64,000 nucleotides of DNA, taken from positions 32,592 through 96,591 of the forward strand of contig JBBRTU010000008.1 of NCBI GenBank assembly GCA_038244115.1. The letters are read 5' to 3'. Each line of letters begins with the position of its first letter. Position 1 is the first letter of the stretch. The notes under the pieces are model-generated. The model was not told the origin of the DNA, did not search any database, and saw only the letters and a program-made list of their open reading frames with translations. Position numbers and translations under genes: made by a program. Of the stretch, positions 12,124-24,922 are shown in pieces. This DNA is from Burkholderiales bacterium. GTDB taxonomy: Bacteria; Pseudomonadota; Gammaproteobacteria; Burkholderiales; JBBRTU01.

Positions 12124-12594
12124 ATGAACATCAATTTAACCCTGCTTGGCCAGTCGATCATGTTTTTCATGTTTGTCTGGTTCTGCATGAAATTTGTGTG
12201 GCCGCCCATTACCGGTGCATTGTCGCAACGCAAGCAGCAGATCGCCGATGGTCTAGCGGCGGGAGAACGCGGCAAACACGATTTGGAGTTGGCGGCCAAG
12301 CGGTCTGGCGATATCTTGCGCGAAGCCAAACAGAAAGCATCTGAAATTCTTGCCCAAGCAGAAAAACGCGGCGTGCAGGTTGTCGAAGAGGCAAAAGGTA
12401 ATGCGAAGGCTGAAGGCGACCGCCTGCTGGCAGGTGCGAAAGCTGAGATCGAGCAAGAAGTGTTTCGCGCCAAGGAAAGTCTGCGCAGCCAGGTAGCTGA
12501 ATTGGCAATTGCAGGCGCGGAGAAGATTCTGCGTCGTGAAGTCGATGCCAAGGCGCATGCTGAATTGTTAGCTATCTTGAAGAGCGAGTTGTAG
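12124..12594 (+). CDS. atpF: F0F1 ATP synthase subunit b
   Basis: 156-aa ORF with one N-terminal TM helix and then a long charged Ala/Glu/Lys-rich helix. Operon position. Confidence 0.93.
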   Translation: MNINLTLLGQSIMFFMFVWFCMKFVWPPITGALSQRKQQIADGLAAGERGKHDLELAAKRSGDILREAKQKASEILAQAEKRGVQVVEEAKGNAKAEGDRLLAGAKAEIEQEVFRAKESLRSQVAELAIAGAEKILRREVDAKAHAELLAILKSEL

Positions 12595-12600
12595 GCAATC

Positions 12601-13137
12601 ATGGCAGAAGAACTTACGCTTGCTCGACCTTATGCCGAAGCGGTGCACCGACTAGCAATGCAACACAACGCATTCGCACAATGGTCTGACATGCTGGCGC
12701 TGACGGCATCGGTTGCTCAAGACGAGCAAATAGTGCGACTAGCGACGGATCCGAATTGCAGCGATCAGCAACTGGAACGTTTGTTGCTGGCAGTGTGCGG
12801 TGCCGAGCTTAGCGAGCAGGGCGTCAATTTTATCAAGCTACTGGTGGAGAACGGCCGAATTGGCCTTCTCCCGCGCATTCAGGAGTTATATGAAAAACTC
12901 CGCGCAGAGCAAAGCGGCGAAATTGACGCGTCTGTGACCAGTGCCTTTCCGATGACGGATGCACAGCTTGCGGAATTGGTAGCGGTATTGGAGCGGCGCT
13001 TCAAGCGCAAAATTAAGGCGACGGTCAAGGTTGACCCAGAGCTAATTGGTGGTGTGATGGTGGTGGCGGGCGATGAGGTGCTGGATGATTCCGTGCGCGG
13101 CAAGCTGCAAACCATGGCGAACGCACTCAAGGGATAA
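12601..13137 (+). CDS. atpH: F0F1 ATP synthase subunit delta
   Basis: 178-aa ORF starting LARPYAEA..., with VDPELIGGV near the C-terminus. Lies between atpF and atpA. Confidence 0.93.
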   Translation: MAEELTLARPYAEAVHRLAMQHNAFAQWSDMLALTASVAQDEQIVRLATDPNCSDQQLERLLLAVCGAELSEQGVNFIKLLVENGRIGLLPRIQELYEKLRAEQSGEIDASVTSAFPMTDAQLAELVAVLERRFKRKIKATVKVDPELIGGVMVVAGDEVLDDSVRGKLQTMANALKG

Positions 13138-13187
13138 AGAATTACGAATCGGCCCCTCAGGGCCGCGACATCTCGTTAGGAGAGATC

Positions 13188-14729
13188 ATGCAGTTAAACC
13201 CTTCTGAAATCAGTGAACTGATTAAGAGCAAAATTGAGAATCTGGCAGCCGCTGCTCAGCTGCGCACCCAAGGCACTGTCGTGTCGGTCACAGACGGGAT
13301 CGTGCGTGTCCATGGGCTGGCTGATGTGATGCAGGGCGAGATGCTCGAATTCCCCGGCAATACCATGGGCATGGCGCTGAACCTTGAGCGCGATTCCGTC
13401 GGTGCGGTCGTGCTGGGCGAATACGAGCACATCACTGAAGGCGACACGGTCAAGTGCACCGGCCGCATTCTTGAGGTGCCGGTCGGCGAGGCGCTGATTG
13501 GCCGCGTGGTGAACTCGCTGGGACAGCCGATTGATGGCAAGGGCCCGGTTAATACGACAGAAACTTCTCCTATCGAAAAAATTGCGCCGGGCGTTATCGC
13601 GCGGCAATCCGTTTCGCAGCCGCTGCAAACCGGCCTGAAATCGGTTGATGCCATGGTGCCAATCGGTCGCGGTCAGCGCGAACTGATCATCGGCGATCGC
13701 CAAACCGGCAAGACCGCAGTTGCGGTGGACGCTATCATCAACCAGAAAGGTACCGGCGTTGTTTGCGTATACGTGGCGATCGGACAGAAGGCCTCCTCGA
13801 TTGCCAACGTGGTGCGCAAACTGGAAGAGCACGGCGCCATGGGTCATACCATCATCGTTGCGGCTACCGCTTCCGACCCGGCCGCCATGCAATACATCGC
13901 GCCATATGCGGGTTGCTCGATGGGTGAATATTTCCGCGATCGTGGCCAGGATGCCTTGATTGTGTACGACGATCTGACCAAGCAAGCCTGGGCCTATCGC
14001 CAAATCTCCCTGTTGCTGCGCCGCCCGCCGGGCCGCGAAGCCTATCCCGGGGATGTGTTTTACCTGCATTCCCGTTTGCTGGAGCGCGCCGCGCGCATTA
14101 ACGCAGCCGATGTAGAGAAGCGCACCAACGGTGCCGTAAAAGGCAAGACCGGTTCGCTGACTGCGTTGCCGATCATTGAAACTCAGGCGGGCGACGTGTC
14201 GGCCTTTGTGCCGACCAACGTGATTTCGATTACCGATGGTCAGATTTTCCTGGAAACCGATCTGTTCAACGCCGGTATCCGGCCGGCTATTAACGCCGGC
14301 TTATCGGTGTCCCGCGTCGGCGGTGCAGCGCAGACCAAAGTCATCAAGAAGCTGGGCGGCGGTATTCGTCTGGCATTGGCCCAATACCGTGAGCTGGCAG
14401 CGTTTGCTCAGTTTGCTTCCGATCTGGATGAAACCACCCGCAAGCAATTAGAGCGCGGCAAAATGGTGACTGAACTGATGAAGCAAAACCAGTTTTCGCC
14501 CATGCAAATTTCTGAAATGGCGTTGACGCTGTTCGCAGTAAACAAAGGTTTTATGGACGATGTGGACGTCAGGAAAGGGTTGGCATTCGAGTCGGCAATG
14601 CATTCGTTCATCAAGAGCAAGCACGGCGCGCTGCTGGAAAAAATCGAGACGGACAAAGACCTTGACGCTGATGGCGAGAAGACGCTATCTGCCGCGATCG
14701 AGGAATTCAAGGCGAGCGCGGCTTACTAA
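13188..14729 (+). CDS. atpA: F0F1 ATP synthase subunit alpha
   Basis: 513-aa ORF with Walker [10 protein letters not shown] and the motifs [12 protein letters not shown] and [21 protein letters not shown]. Confidence 0.98.
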   Translation: MQLNPSEISELIKSKIENLAAAAQLRTQGTVVSVTDGIVRVHGLADVMQGEMLEFPGNTMGMALNLERDSVGAVVLGEYEHITEGDTVKCTGRILEVPVGEALIGRVVNSLGQPIDGKGPVNTTETSPIEKIAPGVIARQSVSQPLQTGLKSVDAMVPIGRGQRELIIGDRQTGKTAVAVDAIINQKGTGVVCVYVAIGQKASSIANVVRKLEEHGAMGHTIIVAATASDPAAMQYIAPYAGCSMGEYFRDRGQDALIVYDDLTKQAWAYRQISLLLRRPPGREAYPGDVFYLHSRLLERAARINAADVEKRTNGAVKGKTGSLTALPIIETQAGDVSAFVPTNVISITDGQIFLETDLFNAGIRPAINAGLSVSRVGGAAQTKVIKKLGGGIRLALAQYRELAAFAQFASDLDETTRKQLERGKMVTELMKQNQFSPMQISEMALTLFAVNKGFMDDVDVRKGLAFESAMHSFIKSKHGALLEKIETDKDLDADGEKTLSAAIEEFKASAAY

Positions 14730-14755
14730 TGCGACCCGGCAACTGAGGATAAAGT

Positions 14756-15619
14756 ATGGCTGGCGGCAAGGAAATTCGAACCAAGATCAAAAGCGTGCAA
14801 AACACGCAGAAGATTACGCGCGCCATGGAAATGGTAGCGGCATCCAAGATGCGCAAAGCGCAAGACCGTATGCGGCAGGCACGCCCCTACGCGGAGAAAA
14901 TTCGCGCAGTGGCCGCACATCTAAGTCAGGCGCACCCGGAGTACAAGCATCCTTTTCTGGTACAGAAAGAATCGACAAAGCGCATCGGGCTGATTGTGGT
15001 TTCGTCAGATAAAGGTCTATGCGGCGGTCTTAACACCAACATTTTGCGTTTGGTGGTGAGCCAAATGAAGGAACGAAATGGGAGTGGCATCGAGATTGAT
15101 GTGACGGCATTCGGCAACAAGGCATTGGGCTTCATGCAACGCTCCGGCGCAAACGTGGTTTCCCAAGTTATCGGTTTGGGCGATACGCCGCATCTGGACA
15201 CGATGATCGGGCCGGTTAAGGTAATGCTGGATGCTTATGCAGCAGGCCGCATTGATGCCTTGTACGTCGCCTACAACCGCTTCATCAACACCATGAAGCA
15301 GGAGCCGACATTTGAGCAGCTCTTGCCGCTAAGCAGCGAAAAATTGGGCGCAGCGGAAACACATTGGGATTATATCTACGAGCCAGAAGCCAAATCGGTT
15401 ATAGATGACCTGTTGGTACGCTACGTCGAGGCGCTGGTTTATCAAGCCGTGGCGGAAAATATGGCCTCCGAGCAGAGCGCGCGCATGGTGGCGATGAAGG
15501 CTGCCTCCGATAACGCCGGCAACGTGATTGAAGAATTGAAATTGATCTACAACAAGACCCGCCAGGCTGCGATTACCAAGGAACTTTCCGAGATCGTAGC
15601 GGGCGCAGCGGCGGTGTAG
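14756..15619 (+). CDS. atpG: F0F1 ATP synthase subunit gamma
   Basis: 287-aa ORF with N-terminus [32 protein letters not shown] and C-terminus [19 protein letters not shown]. Confidence 0.97.
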   Translation: MAGGKEIRTKIKSVQNTQKITRAMEMVAASKMRKAQDRMRQARPYAEKIRAVAAHLSQAHPEYKHPFLVQKESTKRIGLIVVSSDKGLCGGLNTNILRLVVSQMKERNGSGIEIDVTAFGNKALGFMQRSGANVVSQVIGLGDTPHLDTMIGPVKVMLDAYAAGRIDALYVAYNRFINTMKQEPTFEQLLPLSSEKLGAAETHWDYIYEPEAKSVIDDLLVRYVEALVYQAVAENMASEQSARMVAMKAASDNAGNVIEELKLIYNKTRQAAITKELSEIVAGAAAV

Positions 15620-15643
15620 CCGCATAACAGAATTGAAATCTAG

Positions 15644-17053
<1,410 letters not shown>

Positions 17054-17062
17054 GGAACGGCT

Positions 17063-17488
17063 ATGGCAATGACCATTCATGTGGACGTAGTAAGCGCGGA
17101 AGAATCTATTTTTGCTGGCTTGGCGGAGTTCGTTGTGGTGCCGGCAGAGATGGGCGAAGTTGGCATTTACCCGCGCCATGCTCCACTGCTTACAAGGATT
17201 AAGCCGGGCTCTATCCGCTTGAAAAAGCCTGATCAAGCCGAGGAAGAGTTGATCTATGTTTCCGGCGGCATTCTGGAAGTTCAGCCGAACATGGTAACCA
17301 TACTTTCCGACACCGCTATTCGTGGCAAGGATCTGGATGAAGCAAAGGCAGTGGAAGCCAAACGAAATGCCGAAGAGGCAATGAAAAATCGAACCTCTGC
17401 TATGGATTATGCCCAGGCCCAGGCAGAGCTGGCTGAAGCCATTGCCCAATTGGCCACAATACATAAGCTTCGCAAAATCGGCCACTAA
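17063..17488 (+). CDS. atpC: F0F1 ATP synthase subunit epsilon
   Basis: 141-aa ORF, last gene of the operon, followed by a strong terminator. Confidence 0.93.
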   Translation: MAMTIHVDVVSAEESIFAGLAEFVVVPAEMGEVGIYPRHAPLLTRIKPGSIRLKKPDQAEEELIYVSGGILEVQPNMVTILSDTAIRGKDLDEAKAVEAKRNAEEAMKNRTSAMDYAQAQAELAEAIAQLATIHKLRKIGH

Positions 17489-17510
17489 ATAAGTGCGGTA
17501 TTTTTACATC

Positions 17511-17544
17511 AAAAAGGCGGCTCTGTGAGCCGCCTTTTTTGTTT
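17511..17544 (+). terminator. Rho-independent terminator of the atp operon
   Basis: AAAAAGGCGGCTC-tgt-GAGCCGCCTTTTTTGTTT: an 8-bp GC-rich stem extended by A/T pairs and followed by a T-run, 23 nt after the atpC stop. Confidence 0.85.
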
Positions 17545-17588
17545 ATACTAACGGACATAATTCTGTTTCCGATAATGACCCTGCCCGT

Positions 17589-18962
17589 ATGAGCTCAATG
17601 TTAAATGTCGTGATCCTTGCTGCCGGCAAGGGCACCCGGATGTATTCCGATTTGCCCAAGGTGTTGCATCCACTGGCAGGAAAGCCGTTGCTCGGTCATG
17701 CACTGACTGCGGCACGCCAGCTTGGGCCAAACAAAGTCTGTGTCGTGTTCGGCTACGGCGGTAACGCTCTGCCACAGGCCTTGAACGATTCCTCCATAAC
17801 CTGGGTGCAACAGGCACAGCAGTTGGGCACCGGCCACGCATTGATGCAGGCTCTGCCGGAACTGGATAATGCGGCAGTATGCTTGGTGCTGTACGGCGAT
17901 GTCCCGCTTATCCGGCATGAAACCTTGACGGAGCTGGTTGCGCTTGCCCGGGGCGGCGCCTTTGGCTTGTTGACCGCAGAGCTGGCTGACCCGACAGGTT
18001 ATGGCCGCATCGTGCGCAATGCCGATGGTGCAGTAACGCATATTGTCGAACACAAGGACGCTACCGATGCTGAGCGCGGTATCCGCGAAATCAACACCGG
18101 CATTCTTGCCATACCCGCAGGATATTTGGGGCGTTGGTTACCAAGCTTGAGCAACCAGAATGCCCAGGGCGAATATTACCTGACCGATATCATCGCCATG
18201 GCGGTGAATGAAGGGCTTCTGGTCGCAACCTGCCACCCGAGCCATGAATGGGAAATTATGGGGGTGAATAGCAAGTCGCAACTGGCCGAACTGGAACGCA
18301 TATTCCAGGGCGAAACAGCCCGCGCGCTTTTGGAAAAAGGCGTAAGTCTGGCAGACCCGGCGCGTATAGATGTGCGTGGTGAGCTGGTGTGTGGCCGGGA
18401 TGTGGCTATTGATGTGAATTGCGTGTTTGAAGGCGCCGTGAGTCTCGCGGACAAGGTAAGCGTGGGCGCAAACTGCGTGTTGCGTAATGTTTCCGTTGGG
18501 GCTGGGACCACAATCTTGCCCTTTAGCCATCTCGACGACGCAGTGGTTGGTGCAGATAACCACATTGGGCCATTTGCACGAATCAGGCCCGGCACCAAGT
18601 TAGAGGCGTCGGTGCATGTGGGCAATTTTGTTGAGATCAAGAATAGCCAGGTTGACCAAGGCTCCAAAATCAATCACCTGAGTTATATCGGTGACAGTAG
18701 CATCGGCAAGAAGGTCAACATCGGCGCGGGAACGATTACCTGCAACTATGATGGCGCCAACAAGCATCGCACGGTAATCGAGGACGACGTGTTCGTCGGC
18801 TCGGACACTCAGCTGGTTGCGCCAGTAACCGTTGGTCGCGGCGCCACCATTGGCGCGGGTTCAACGATTACGCGCGATGCACCGGCGGGTGAGCTGACAT
18901 TGTCTCGCGTTAAACAAACAACCATTGCCGGCTGGAAGCGGCCGGAAAAAACCAAAAAATAG
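17589..18962 (+). CDS. glmU: Bifunctional UDP-N-acetylglucosamine diphosphorylase / glucosamine-1-phosphate N-acetyltransferase
   Basis: 457-aa ORF with N-terminus [11 protein letters not shown] and a C-terminal left-handed beta-helix of hexapeptide repeats. glmU-glmS order. Confidence 0.96.
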   Translation: MSSMLNVVILAAGKGTRMYSDLPKVLHPLAGKPLLGHALTAARQLGPNKVCVVFGYGGNALPQALNDSSITWVQQAQQLGTGHALMQALPELDNAAVCLVLYGDVPLIRHETLTELVALARGGAFGLLTAELADPTGYGRIVRNADGAVTHIVEHKDATDAERGIREINTGILAIPAGYLGRWLPSLSNQNAQGEYYLTDIIAMAVNEGLLVATCHPSHEWEIMGVNSKSQLAELERIFQGETARALLEKGVSLADPARIDVRGELVCGRDVAIDVNCVFEGAVSLADKVSVGANCVLRNVSVGAGTTILPFSHLDDAVVGADNHIGPFARIRPGTKLEASVHVGNFVEIKNSQVDQGSKINHLSYIGDSSIGKKVNIGAGTITCNYDGANKHRTVIEDDVFVGSDTQLVAPVTVGRGATIGAGSTITRDAPAGELTLSRVKQTTIAGWKRPEKTKK

Positions 18963-18976
18963 GGCGGAGGAAAAGT

Positions 18977-20803
18977 ATGTGCGGCATCGTCGGGGGAGTA
19001 ACGCAACGCAATGTAGTGCCGATTCTGCTGGAAGGTCTCCAGCGGCTGGAGTATCGGGGTTATGACTCGGCCGGGCTGGCGGTACGCCAGGCAGATGGCA
19101 GCCTGGAGCGCATTCGTGCGGTGGGCAAAGTAGCCATGCTGCGGGATTTGATCGCGCAAAACCCGGTTCAAGGCGATCTGGGCATCGCGCATACCCGCTG
19201 GGCAACGCATGGCATGCCAGCCGAGCGCAATGCTCACCCTCATATGAGCGGCGAAAAAGTGGCGGTGGTGCACAACGGCATCATCGAAAACCATGGCGAG
19301 CTGCGCGAGGAATTGAAGGCAAAAGGCTTCTTCTTTACCTCGGAAACCGACACTGAAGTGATTGCCCACCTCCTTGCTCACATACTGAATACTGAGCCGG
19401 ATCTGTTGCGTGCAGTGCAAGCGGCGATCAAGCATCTGGTCGGGGCCTATGGCTTGGCCGTGGTGAGCCCGGGTGAGGCGGACCGGCTGGTGGTCGCGCG
19501 TGCCGGTAGCCCGCTGGTGATCGGACTGGGCGTGGGGGAAAATTTTATCGCTTCCGATGTCTTTGCCTTGTTGCCCGTCACGCAGCGTTTTATTTTCCTG
19601 GAAGAAGGTGATGTTGCTGAAATCCGTCGCGATAGCGTGCGTATCTTTGACGTTAGTGGTAATCCAGTAGACCGCCCGGAGAAAATTTCCCAATTGTCGG
19701 CGTCAACAGCAGACAAGGGCCCCTACCGGCACTACATGCTCAAGGAAATCTTCGAGCAGCCTGCAGTGATCGCCGAAACCCTGGAAGGGCGTATCCATAA
19801 AGGCAAGCTGCTGGAAGAGAGTTTCGGCCACGAGGCGAAAGCCTTGTTTGACCGCACCAAGGGGGTACACATCATTGCTTGTGGCACCAGCTATCATGCC
19901 GGTCTGGTGGCGCGCTACTGGCTGGAGGAAATCGGCATTCCCTGCTCGGTCGAAGTGGCCAGCGAGTACCGCTACCGCAAAGTGGTCGTGCCGCCGGGGA
20001 CCTTGTTCATTTCTGTTTCCCAATCCGGCGAGACGGCGGATACTTTGGCCGCCTTGCGCTTTGCTAAACAGGCCGGCTATATCGGAAGCCTTACTATTTG
20101 CAATGTTCCCGAAAGCTCCCTGACCAGGGAATCCGACGTGGCCATCATGACGCGGGCCGGCCCCGAAATTGGCGTGGCCTCCACCAAAGCATTCACTACG
20201 CAGCTTACCGCTTTCCGCCTGCTGACCATCGCGTTGGCACGTCGATGGGGTATGAGCCGTGAACAGGAAGAAGTGTTGGTAAATGAACTGCATGCCTTGC
20301 CAAGACAGATCGAGGTAGTGCTGGAGCTCTCTGCTGCAATCCAGCAAATGGCTAATGCTTTTGCAGACAAGAAAGACGCCCTGTTTCTTGGGCGCGGCCC
20401 CTTCTATCCGGTTGCCCTGGAGGGTGCATTGAAGCTGAAAGAAATTTCCTATATTCATGCCGAAGCCTATCCCGCGGGAGAGCTTAAACATGGCCCGCTG
20501 GCGCTGGTGGATGCGGATATGCCGGTGATTTGCGCTCTGCCAAATGACCCCCTGCTGGACAAAGTGCTGTCCAATTTGCAGGAAGTCCGTGCTCGCGGCG
20601 GCGAGTTGTTCCTGTTCAGCGACCAGCAGGCTAAAATTGAATTAGATCGCTACCAGAACTTGACGCTATCGGATATCTGCCCCAGCACGGCGCCGATTAC
20701 CTACAGTGTGCCATTGCAACTGCTGGCCTATCATGTGGCGATTTTGAAGGGGACGGACGTGGATCAGCCGCGGAATCTCGCCAAATCAGTTACCGTGGAA
20801 TGA
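18977..20803 (+). CDS. glmS: Glutamine--fructose-6-phosphate aminotransferase
   Basis: 608-aa ORF with MCGIVG N-terminal nucleophile Cys, SIS-domain motifs [10 protein letters not shown] and [13 protein letters not shown], and C-terminus KSVTVE. Confidence 0.98.
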   Translation: MCGIVGGVTQRNVVPILLEGLQRLEYRGYDSAGLAVRQADGSLERIRAVGKVAMLRDLIAQNPVQGDLGIAHTRWATHGMPAERNAHPHMSGEKVAVVHNGIIENHGELREELKAKGFFFTSETDTEVIAHLLAHILNTEPDLLRAVQAAIKHLVGAYGLAVVSPGEADRLVVARAGSPLVIGLGVGENFIASDVFALLPVTQRFIFLEEGDVAEIRRDSVRIFDVSGNPVDRPEKISQLSASTADKGPYRHYMLKEIFEQPAVIAETLEGRIHKGKLLEESFGHEAKALFDRTKGVHIIACGTSYHAGLVARYWLEEIGIPCSVEVASEYRYRKVVVPPGTLFISVSQSGETADTLAALRFAKQAGYIGSLTICNVPESSLTRESDVAIMTRAGPEIGVASTKAFTTQLTAFRLLTIALARRWGMSREQEEVLVNELHALPRQIEVVLELSAAIQQMANAFADKKDALFLGRGPFYPVALEGALKLKEISYIHAEAYPAGELKHGPLALVDADMPVICALPNDPLLDKVLSNLQEVRARGGELFLFSDQQAKIELDRYQNLTLSDICPSTAPITYSVPLQLLAYHVAILKGTDVDQPRNLAKSVTVE

Positions 20804-20817
20804 GGAAGCAATAGCCG

Positions 20818-21582
20818 ATGTCGATTGTTGCGGTGTTCAACCAGAAAGGCGGGGTGGGTAAGACGACCACTTGCCTGAATGTTGCCGCTTCGCTTGCTTT
20901 ACTTGGGCGCAACCCCTTGGCCATTGATCTGGATCCACAAGCCCATTTGACGCTTGCCTGTGGGATTAAGGGGGTTGGCCCAGCGGATAGCATTTCTGCT
21001 TTTTTCCGCGAGGATAGTCCGCTAGCTGGGATGGTGCGCCGGCTGGCCAATGGCATGCGCGTTATTCCAGCCCACCCGGAACTCGCCAAGATCGATGCAC
21101 TTTACGGCAAAAGCACCAGCATCGCCAAGAAGCTGGACGAAGGCTTGCGGGTAGCGTTGGCGCAGGATGAAACGCCAGTGCTGATTGATTGTTGCCCGAT
21201 GCTCGGGGTGTTGTCGCTGAATGCTGTTTTTGCTGCAGACCGGGTGCTGATCCCAGTTTCCGCTGATTTTCTTTCACTCCAAGGCGCCCATCGTTTGGAC
21301 GCCGCACTGAAGGTGTTGGAAGGCCCCCTCAAACGGCGCATCGAGCGCCGAATCGTGGTGACCCGGTTTGATGGGCGCAGAAGACTCTCGCACGAAATTT
21401 ACGACAAACTCAAAGAACGCTTCGGTGACGCCGTGTGCGATACACGCATTACAGAAACCGTCGGCCTAGCGGAGAGCCCCGCACGTGGTCAGGACATCTT
21501 CTCTTTTGCGCCACATAGTAAAGGCGCACAAGATTATGGTGCGCTGACGATGGAATTGCTAACGAAGGGATTTTTTCAATAA
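20818..21582 (+). CDS. Orphan ParA/MinD-family P-loop ATPase (no adjacent ParB)
   Basis: 254-aa ORF with deviant Walker A NQKGGVGKTTT and DLDPQAHLT. It starts 14 nt after the glmS stop. No partner gene follows; the next gene is convergent. Confidence 0.85.
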   Translation: MSIVAVFNQKGGVGKTTTCLNVAASLALLGRNPLAIDLDPQAHLTLACGIKGVGPADSISAFFREDSPLAGMVRRLANGMRVIPAHPELAKIDALYGKSTSIAKKLDEGLRVALAQDETPVLIDCCPMLGVLSLNAVFAADRVLIPVSADFLSLQGAHRLDAALKVLEGPLKRRIERRIVVTRFDGRRRLSHEIYDKLKERFGDAVCDTRITETVGLAESPARGQDIFSFAPHSKGAQDYGALTMELLTKGFFQ

Positions 21583-21589
21583 CGGGGCT

Positions 21590-23251
21590 TCAAACCGGGC
21601 AAGACATTCCACCCAGCCTTGCGGTCAGTTTCAAATTCTCGCTGTAGTCCACCGGGCAGTCGATTATGCTGACTGTGTCATCAGCCAAGGCTTTCTGCAG
21701 GGTCGGCAGCAGTTCATCTGCAGCAGAGATACGATAACCCTTGGCGCCGAATGATTCGGCGTATTTGACAAAATCGGGGTTGTTAAACTTTATGTGTGAG
21801 GTGCGGCCGAACTGAGCTTGCTGTTTCCATTCAATCAGGCCGTAGGCGCTATCGCTCCAGATCACGATCACGATGGGAGCCCCTTCGCGCATGGCGGTCT
21901 CGATTTCCTGGGAGTTCATCAGGAATCCAGCATCCCCTGTTACCGCGACCACTTTTTTCTCCGGGACATTGAGCTTGGCGGCGACGGCGCCAGGTACGGC
22001 AATGCCCATGCTGGCAAAGCCGTTGGAGATAATGCAGGTATTGGGCTTCTCGCTGGCGTATTGGCGCGCCATCCACATTTTGTGGGCGCCGACATCACAC
22101 ACCACGATACCCCCGACGGGCAGGGCTCGGCGCAGATCGGCTACGATACGCTGGGGCTTGAGGGGGAAACCGTCATCGTGCGAATTTGACGCCATTTCAA
22201 GCTGGATAGCCTCACGCAGGGATTCGTAGCCATTGTGGCCGTGCGGTGTGATGCGTTTACCAAGCTCGCTTAGGGAAAACTGAATATCGCCTGTCACGCC
22301 ATCTGCCAACAAATAGTAAGCGTCTACTTCGGCAGGTTGGGTATCGATATGAATAATGAGGCGGTCACGCGTCTGATGCCACAGCTGAGGCGGGTATTCC
22401 ACAACGTCATAGCCGATACAGATGATCACATCTGCCCGGTCAAAGCCGCAAGAAATGTAGTCATGTGCACGAAGTCCGACCGTTCCCAGGCTCAGGGGGT
22501 GGGAAGCGGGAATGGCGCCCTTGGCCATAAATGTTGTCGCTACAGGAATGTTGAGCCGGGTAGCAAATTCCAGCAAAGCATCGCAGGCGTTAGCGCGCAC
22601 TACGCCGTTACCCGCCAAAATTAGTGGTACTTTTGCCGCATCGATTATTTTTGCAACCGCTTCTAGCCTGTACTCTGCAGGGTAGGGGGTGCTTACCTCC
22701 ATAGGGGGCAGTGGCTCGATATCCAGGCCGCCAATGGCCGCAATATTTTCTGGAAAATCAATAAAGACGGCTCCGGGTTTGCCAGTTTGCGCCACTTTGA
22801 ATGCTTTGCGCACGACCTCGGGAATGATTTCCGGGTTGAGGATTTGAGTGGCATATTTGGTTATCGGCTGGAACAGGTTGACCAGGTCGAGCACTTGGTG
22901 CGATTCCTTGTGCAGGCGGCTGGTTGCTGCTTGACCAGCGATCGCTATGAGAGGTGCGTGGTCCATGTTTGCGTCAGCTACCCCGGTAACCAGATTGGTG
23001 GCACCTGGACCGAGTGTGGACAAACACACACCAGCGCGACCGGTAAGGCGGCCCTGTACATCGGCCATGAACGCGGCGCCTTGTTCATGACGGGTAGTGA
23101 TGAAACGGATGGAGGAGGACAGCAGAGCATCCATGATGTCGAGGTTTTCTTCCCCAGGGATGCCATAGATAAAGCGCACGCCCTCTCGTTCCAAGCAGCG
23201 GACAAACAGTTCAGCGGCTTTCATTATTGGGAATGTCGTGAAACGACACAT
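21590..23251 (-). CDS. Thiamine-diphosphate enzyme, acetolactate synthase large subunit / AlsS-like
   Basis: 553-aa ORF with N-terminal motifs GIPGEENLD and RHEQGAAFMADVQGRLTGRAGVCLSTLGPGATNL, and C-terminal TPP-binding GDAGFLMNSQEIETA. No small regulatory subunit is adjacent. The ATG at 23251 has an AGGGAGA Shine-Dalgarno; the alternative start at 23224 gives MKAAELF. Confidence 0.85.
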   Translation of the reverse strand: MCRFTTFPIMKAAELFVRCLEREGVRFIYGIPGEENLDIMDALLSSSIRFITTRHEQGAAFMADVQGRLTGRAGVCLSTLGPGATNLVTGVADANMDHAPLIAIAGQAATSRLHKESHQVLDLVNLFQPITKYATQILNPEIIPEVVRKAFKVAQTGKPGAVFIDFPENIAAIGGLDIEPLPPMEVSTPYPAEYRLEAVAKIIDAAKVPLILAGNGVVRANACDALLEFATRLNIPVATTFMAKGAIPASHPLSLGTVGLRAHDYISCGFDRADVIICIGYDVVEYPPQLWHQTRDRLIIHIDTQPAEVDAYYLLADGVTGDIQFSLSELGKRITPHGHNGYESLREAIQLEMASNSHDDGFPLKPQRIVADLRRALPVGGIVVCDVGAHKMWMARQYASEKPNTCIISNGFASMGIAVPGAVAAKLNVPEKKVVAVTGDAGFLMNSQEIETAMREGAPIVIVIWSDSAYGLIEWKQQAQFGRTSHIKFNNPDFVKYAESFGAKGYRISAADELLPTLQKALADDTVSIIDCPVDYSENLKLTARLGGMSCPV

Positions 23252-23344
23252 CGTTCTCCCTCGCCCGCTTGTCTTGTGGGGGAGGGTTTGGGGTGAGGGA
23301 AACGGTCATGGCGCAAGCTGCCCTATCGTGACCGTGAAACGCGG

Positions 23345-23375
23345 ACAAAAAAATGCCCCGTCAGACGGGGCATTT
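23345..23375 (-). terminator. Rho-independent terminator downstream of the LuxR-family regulator gene
   Basis: The minus strand reads AAATGCCCCGTC-tgac-GGGGCATTTTTTTG, a GC-rich hairpin plus T-run about 120 nt after the stop at 23496. Confidence 0.75.
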
Positions 23376-23495
23376 GAATGAACAGAAACAAGCATCACAC
23401 TTGCGAGGCTAGTATAACACCGAACTTTTGAATATGGTACGGACAGACTAAAAAATTTGGTAGGTAATACCCAAGCGTTGCTCACAATATGCTCC

Positions 23496-24137
23496 TTATG
23501 CGGAGGAGTCCTTGCGTTTGACAATACCGTGTTCCAGAGCATAAGTGGCCACCTGAACACGATTGGTAAGTTCCAACTTGTCGAGGATGCTACGCAAATG
23601 GTTGCGCACAGTATTTTCTGATAACCCCAGTGCTTCGCCGATGCCCCGGTTAGTCAAACCACGGGCCACATAAGTAACAATTTCCTGCTCCCTGGCGGAG
23701 AGGCGGTCGAATGTGCCCAACATCGATTCACCCCGCGCGATTTTCTGCATGATGTGCGCAGGAAACATACTGTTACCCTGGTGCACCGAGAAAATGGCCT
23801 GCAATATCTGCTCTGGCTCGCTAGTCTTGAGTATGTATCCGTCCACGCCTTTTTCGATGGCAACACGAATTTCATAATCTTCGTCGGCGATGGTCAGCAT
23901 GATAATGCGGATATCATGTGCTTTAAGATCGGGCACCAGATCCAGGCCGTCGTCTTCGTGCAAGGTACGGTCGAGCAAGGCGACATCGGCCTTCCCGCCA
24001 TTGGCGAGCCAAGTTCGCGTGGAAACCAGGTCGGCACATTCGCCGACAATTTTCACATCGGAGTGACCCTCGAAAAGGCGAATCAGGCCCTGGCGGAACA
24101 AAGGGTGGTCGTCGATCAGGAGCACCGAAATGGTCAT
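23496..24137 (-). CDS. NarL/FixJ (LuxR)-family two-component response regulator, no cognate kinase adjacent
   Basis: 213-aa ORF. The receiver domain has LLIDDH, an LLD phospho-acceptor region and GYILK. The C-terminal LuxR HTH is LSAREQEIVTYVARGLTNRGIGEALGLSENTVRNHLRSI. Confidence 0.9.
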   Translation of the reverse strand: MTISVLLIDDHPLFRQGLIRLFEGHSDVKIVGECADLVSTRTWLANGGKADVALLDRTLHEDDGLDLVPDLKAHDIRIIMLTIADEDYEIRVAIEKGVDGYILKTSEPEQILQAIFSVHQGNSMFPAHIMQKIARGESMLGTFDRLSAREQEIVTYVARGLTNRGIGEALGLSENTVRNHLRSILDKLELTNRVQVATYALEHGIVKRKDSSA

Positions 24138-24145
24138 CGCATATC

Positions 24146-24907
24146 CTATATGGTCAAGTTGCGCGGCTTGCGAGGTGCGTTGGCGAACAGCTTATCATAC
24201 GCCCAGTCCGGTAGCATTTTTAACAACCTAAAAACTATTGCCATTTGCCATGGCAACACCACCAGCTTTCGCTTCATACGGATTGCTCGGGCAACCTGTG
24301 TAGCCGCCTTGTCGGCGCTCAGGATAAATGGCATGGGGTAAGGATTAACGGCGGTTAGTGGTGTTTTGATATAGCCTGGACAGATCGTAACAACATTAAC
24401 TCCCGAGCCGCGCAGCTCTACACGCAAGCTCTCCAGGTAGGAGATGGTAGCAGCCTTGGATGCAGAGTAAGCGCCGCCGCCAGGGAGTCCGCGGGCACCG
24501 GCTACACTGGCAATTCCGACCAGCGCGCCACGACCGCTGCTTCGCATTGCGGCAATAAATGGTTGAAATGTTTTCACCATGCCCACCACATTAATATCCA
24601 TGACTGACTGAAACACCGGTAAATCTTCCGGGTATTCAGTGAGGGTGCCGCAGCTTACCCCGGCGCTGGCGATGACAATGTCCGGCACGCCGAAGCGCTG
24701 CATAAAATCCAGCGCAGCTTCTTGCAGTTTGGCCGAATCGCGTACATCAAGCGGATAGATGGCCGCAGTGGCCGGCAGCTCGGCGGCAAGGGCAGCTAGT
24801 ATAGTTTCGCGCCGCGCTACCAAACCCAGCGTGGCGCCCAGTGCCGCGTAATGCTGTGCCAGCGCTTGGCCCAAGCCGCTGGACGCGCCGGTGATAAATA
24901 CGCGCAA
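24146..24907 (-). CDS. Short-chain dehydrogenase/reductase (SDR) family oxidoreductase
   Basis: 253-aa ORF with cofactor motif ITGASSGLG and catalytic YSASKAA. The substrate cannot be inferred. Confidence 0.85.
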   Translation of the reverse strand: MRVFITGASSGLGQALAQHYAALGATLGLVARRETILAALAAELPATAAIYPLDVRDSAKLQEAALDFMQRFGVPDIVIASAGVSCGTLTEYPEDLPVFQSVMDINVVGMVKTFQPFIAAMRSSGRGALVGIASVAGARGLPGGGAYSASKAATISYLESLRVELRGSGVNVVTICPGYIKTPLTAVNPYPMPFILSADKAATQVARAIRMKRKLVVLPWQMAIVFRLLKMLPDWAYDKLFANAPRKPRNLTI

Positions 24908-24922
24908 GGGCGGGTTTGTCCG

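Noticed and set aside
20780-20900. A Tn7-like insertion downstream of glmS (attTn7).
   Set aside because: I found no Tn7 end repeats, no tnsABCD-like genes and no target-site duplication. The only gene present is a ParA-like ATPase that appears co-transcribed with glmS.
21590-24907. An acetoin/2,3-butanediol operon (AlsS plus an SDR acting as acetoin reductase).
   Set aside because: No acetolactate decarboxylase gene is present. The two genes are separated by a regulator gene and a strong terminator. The SDR carries only generic family motifs.
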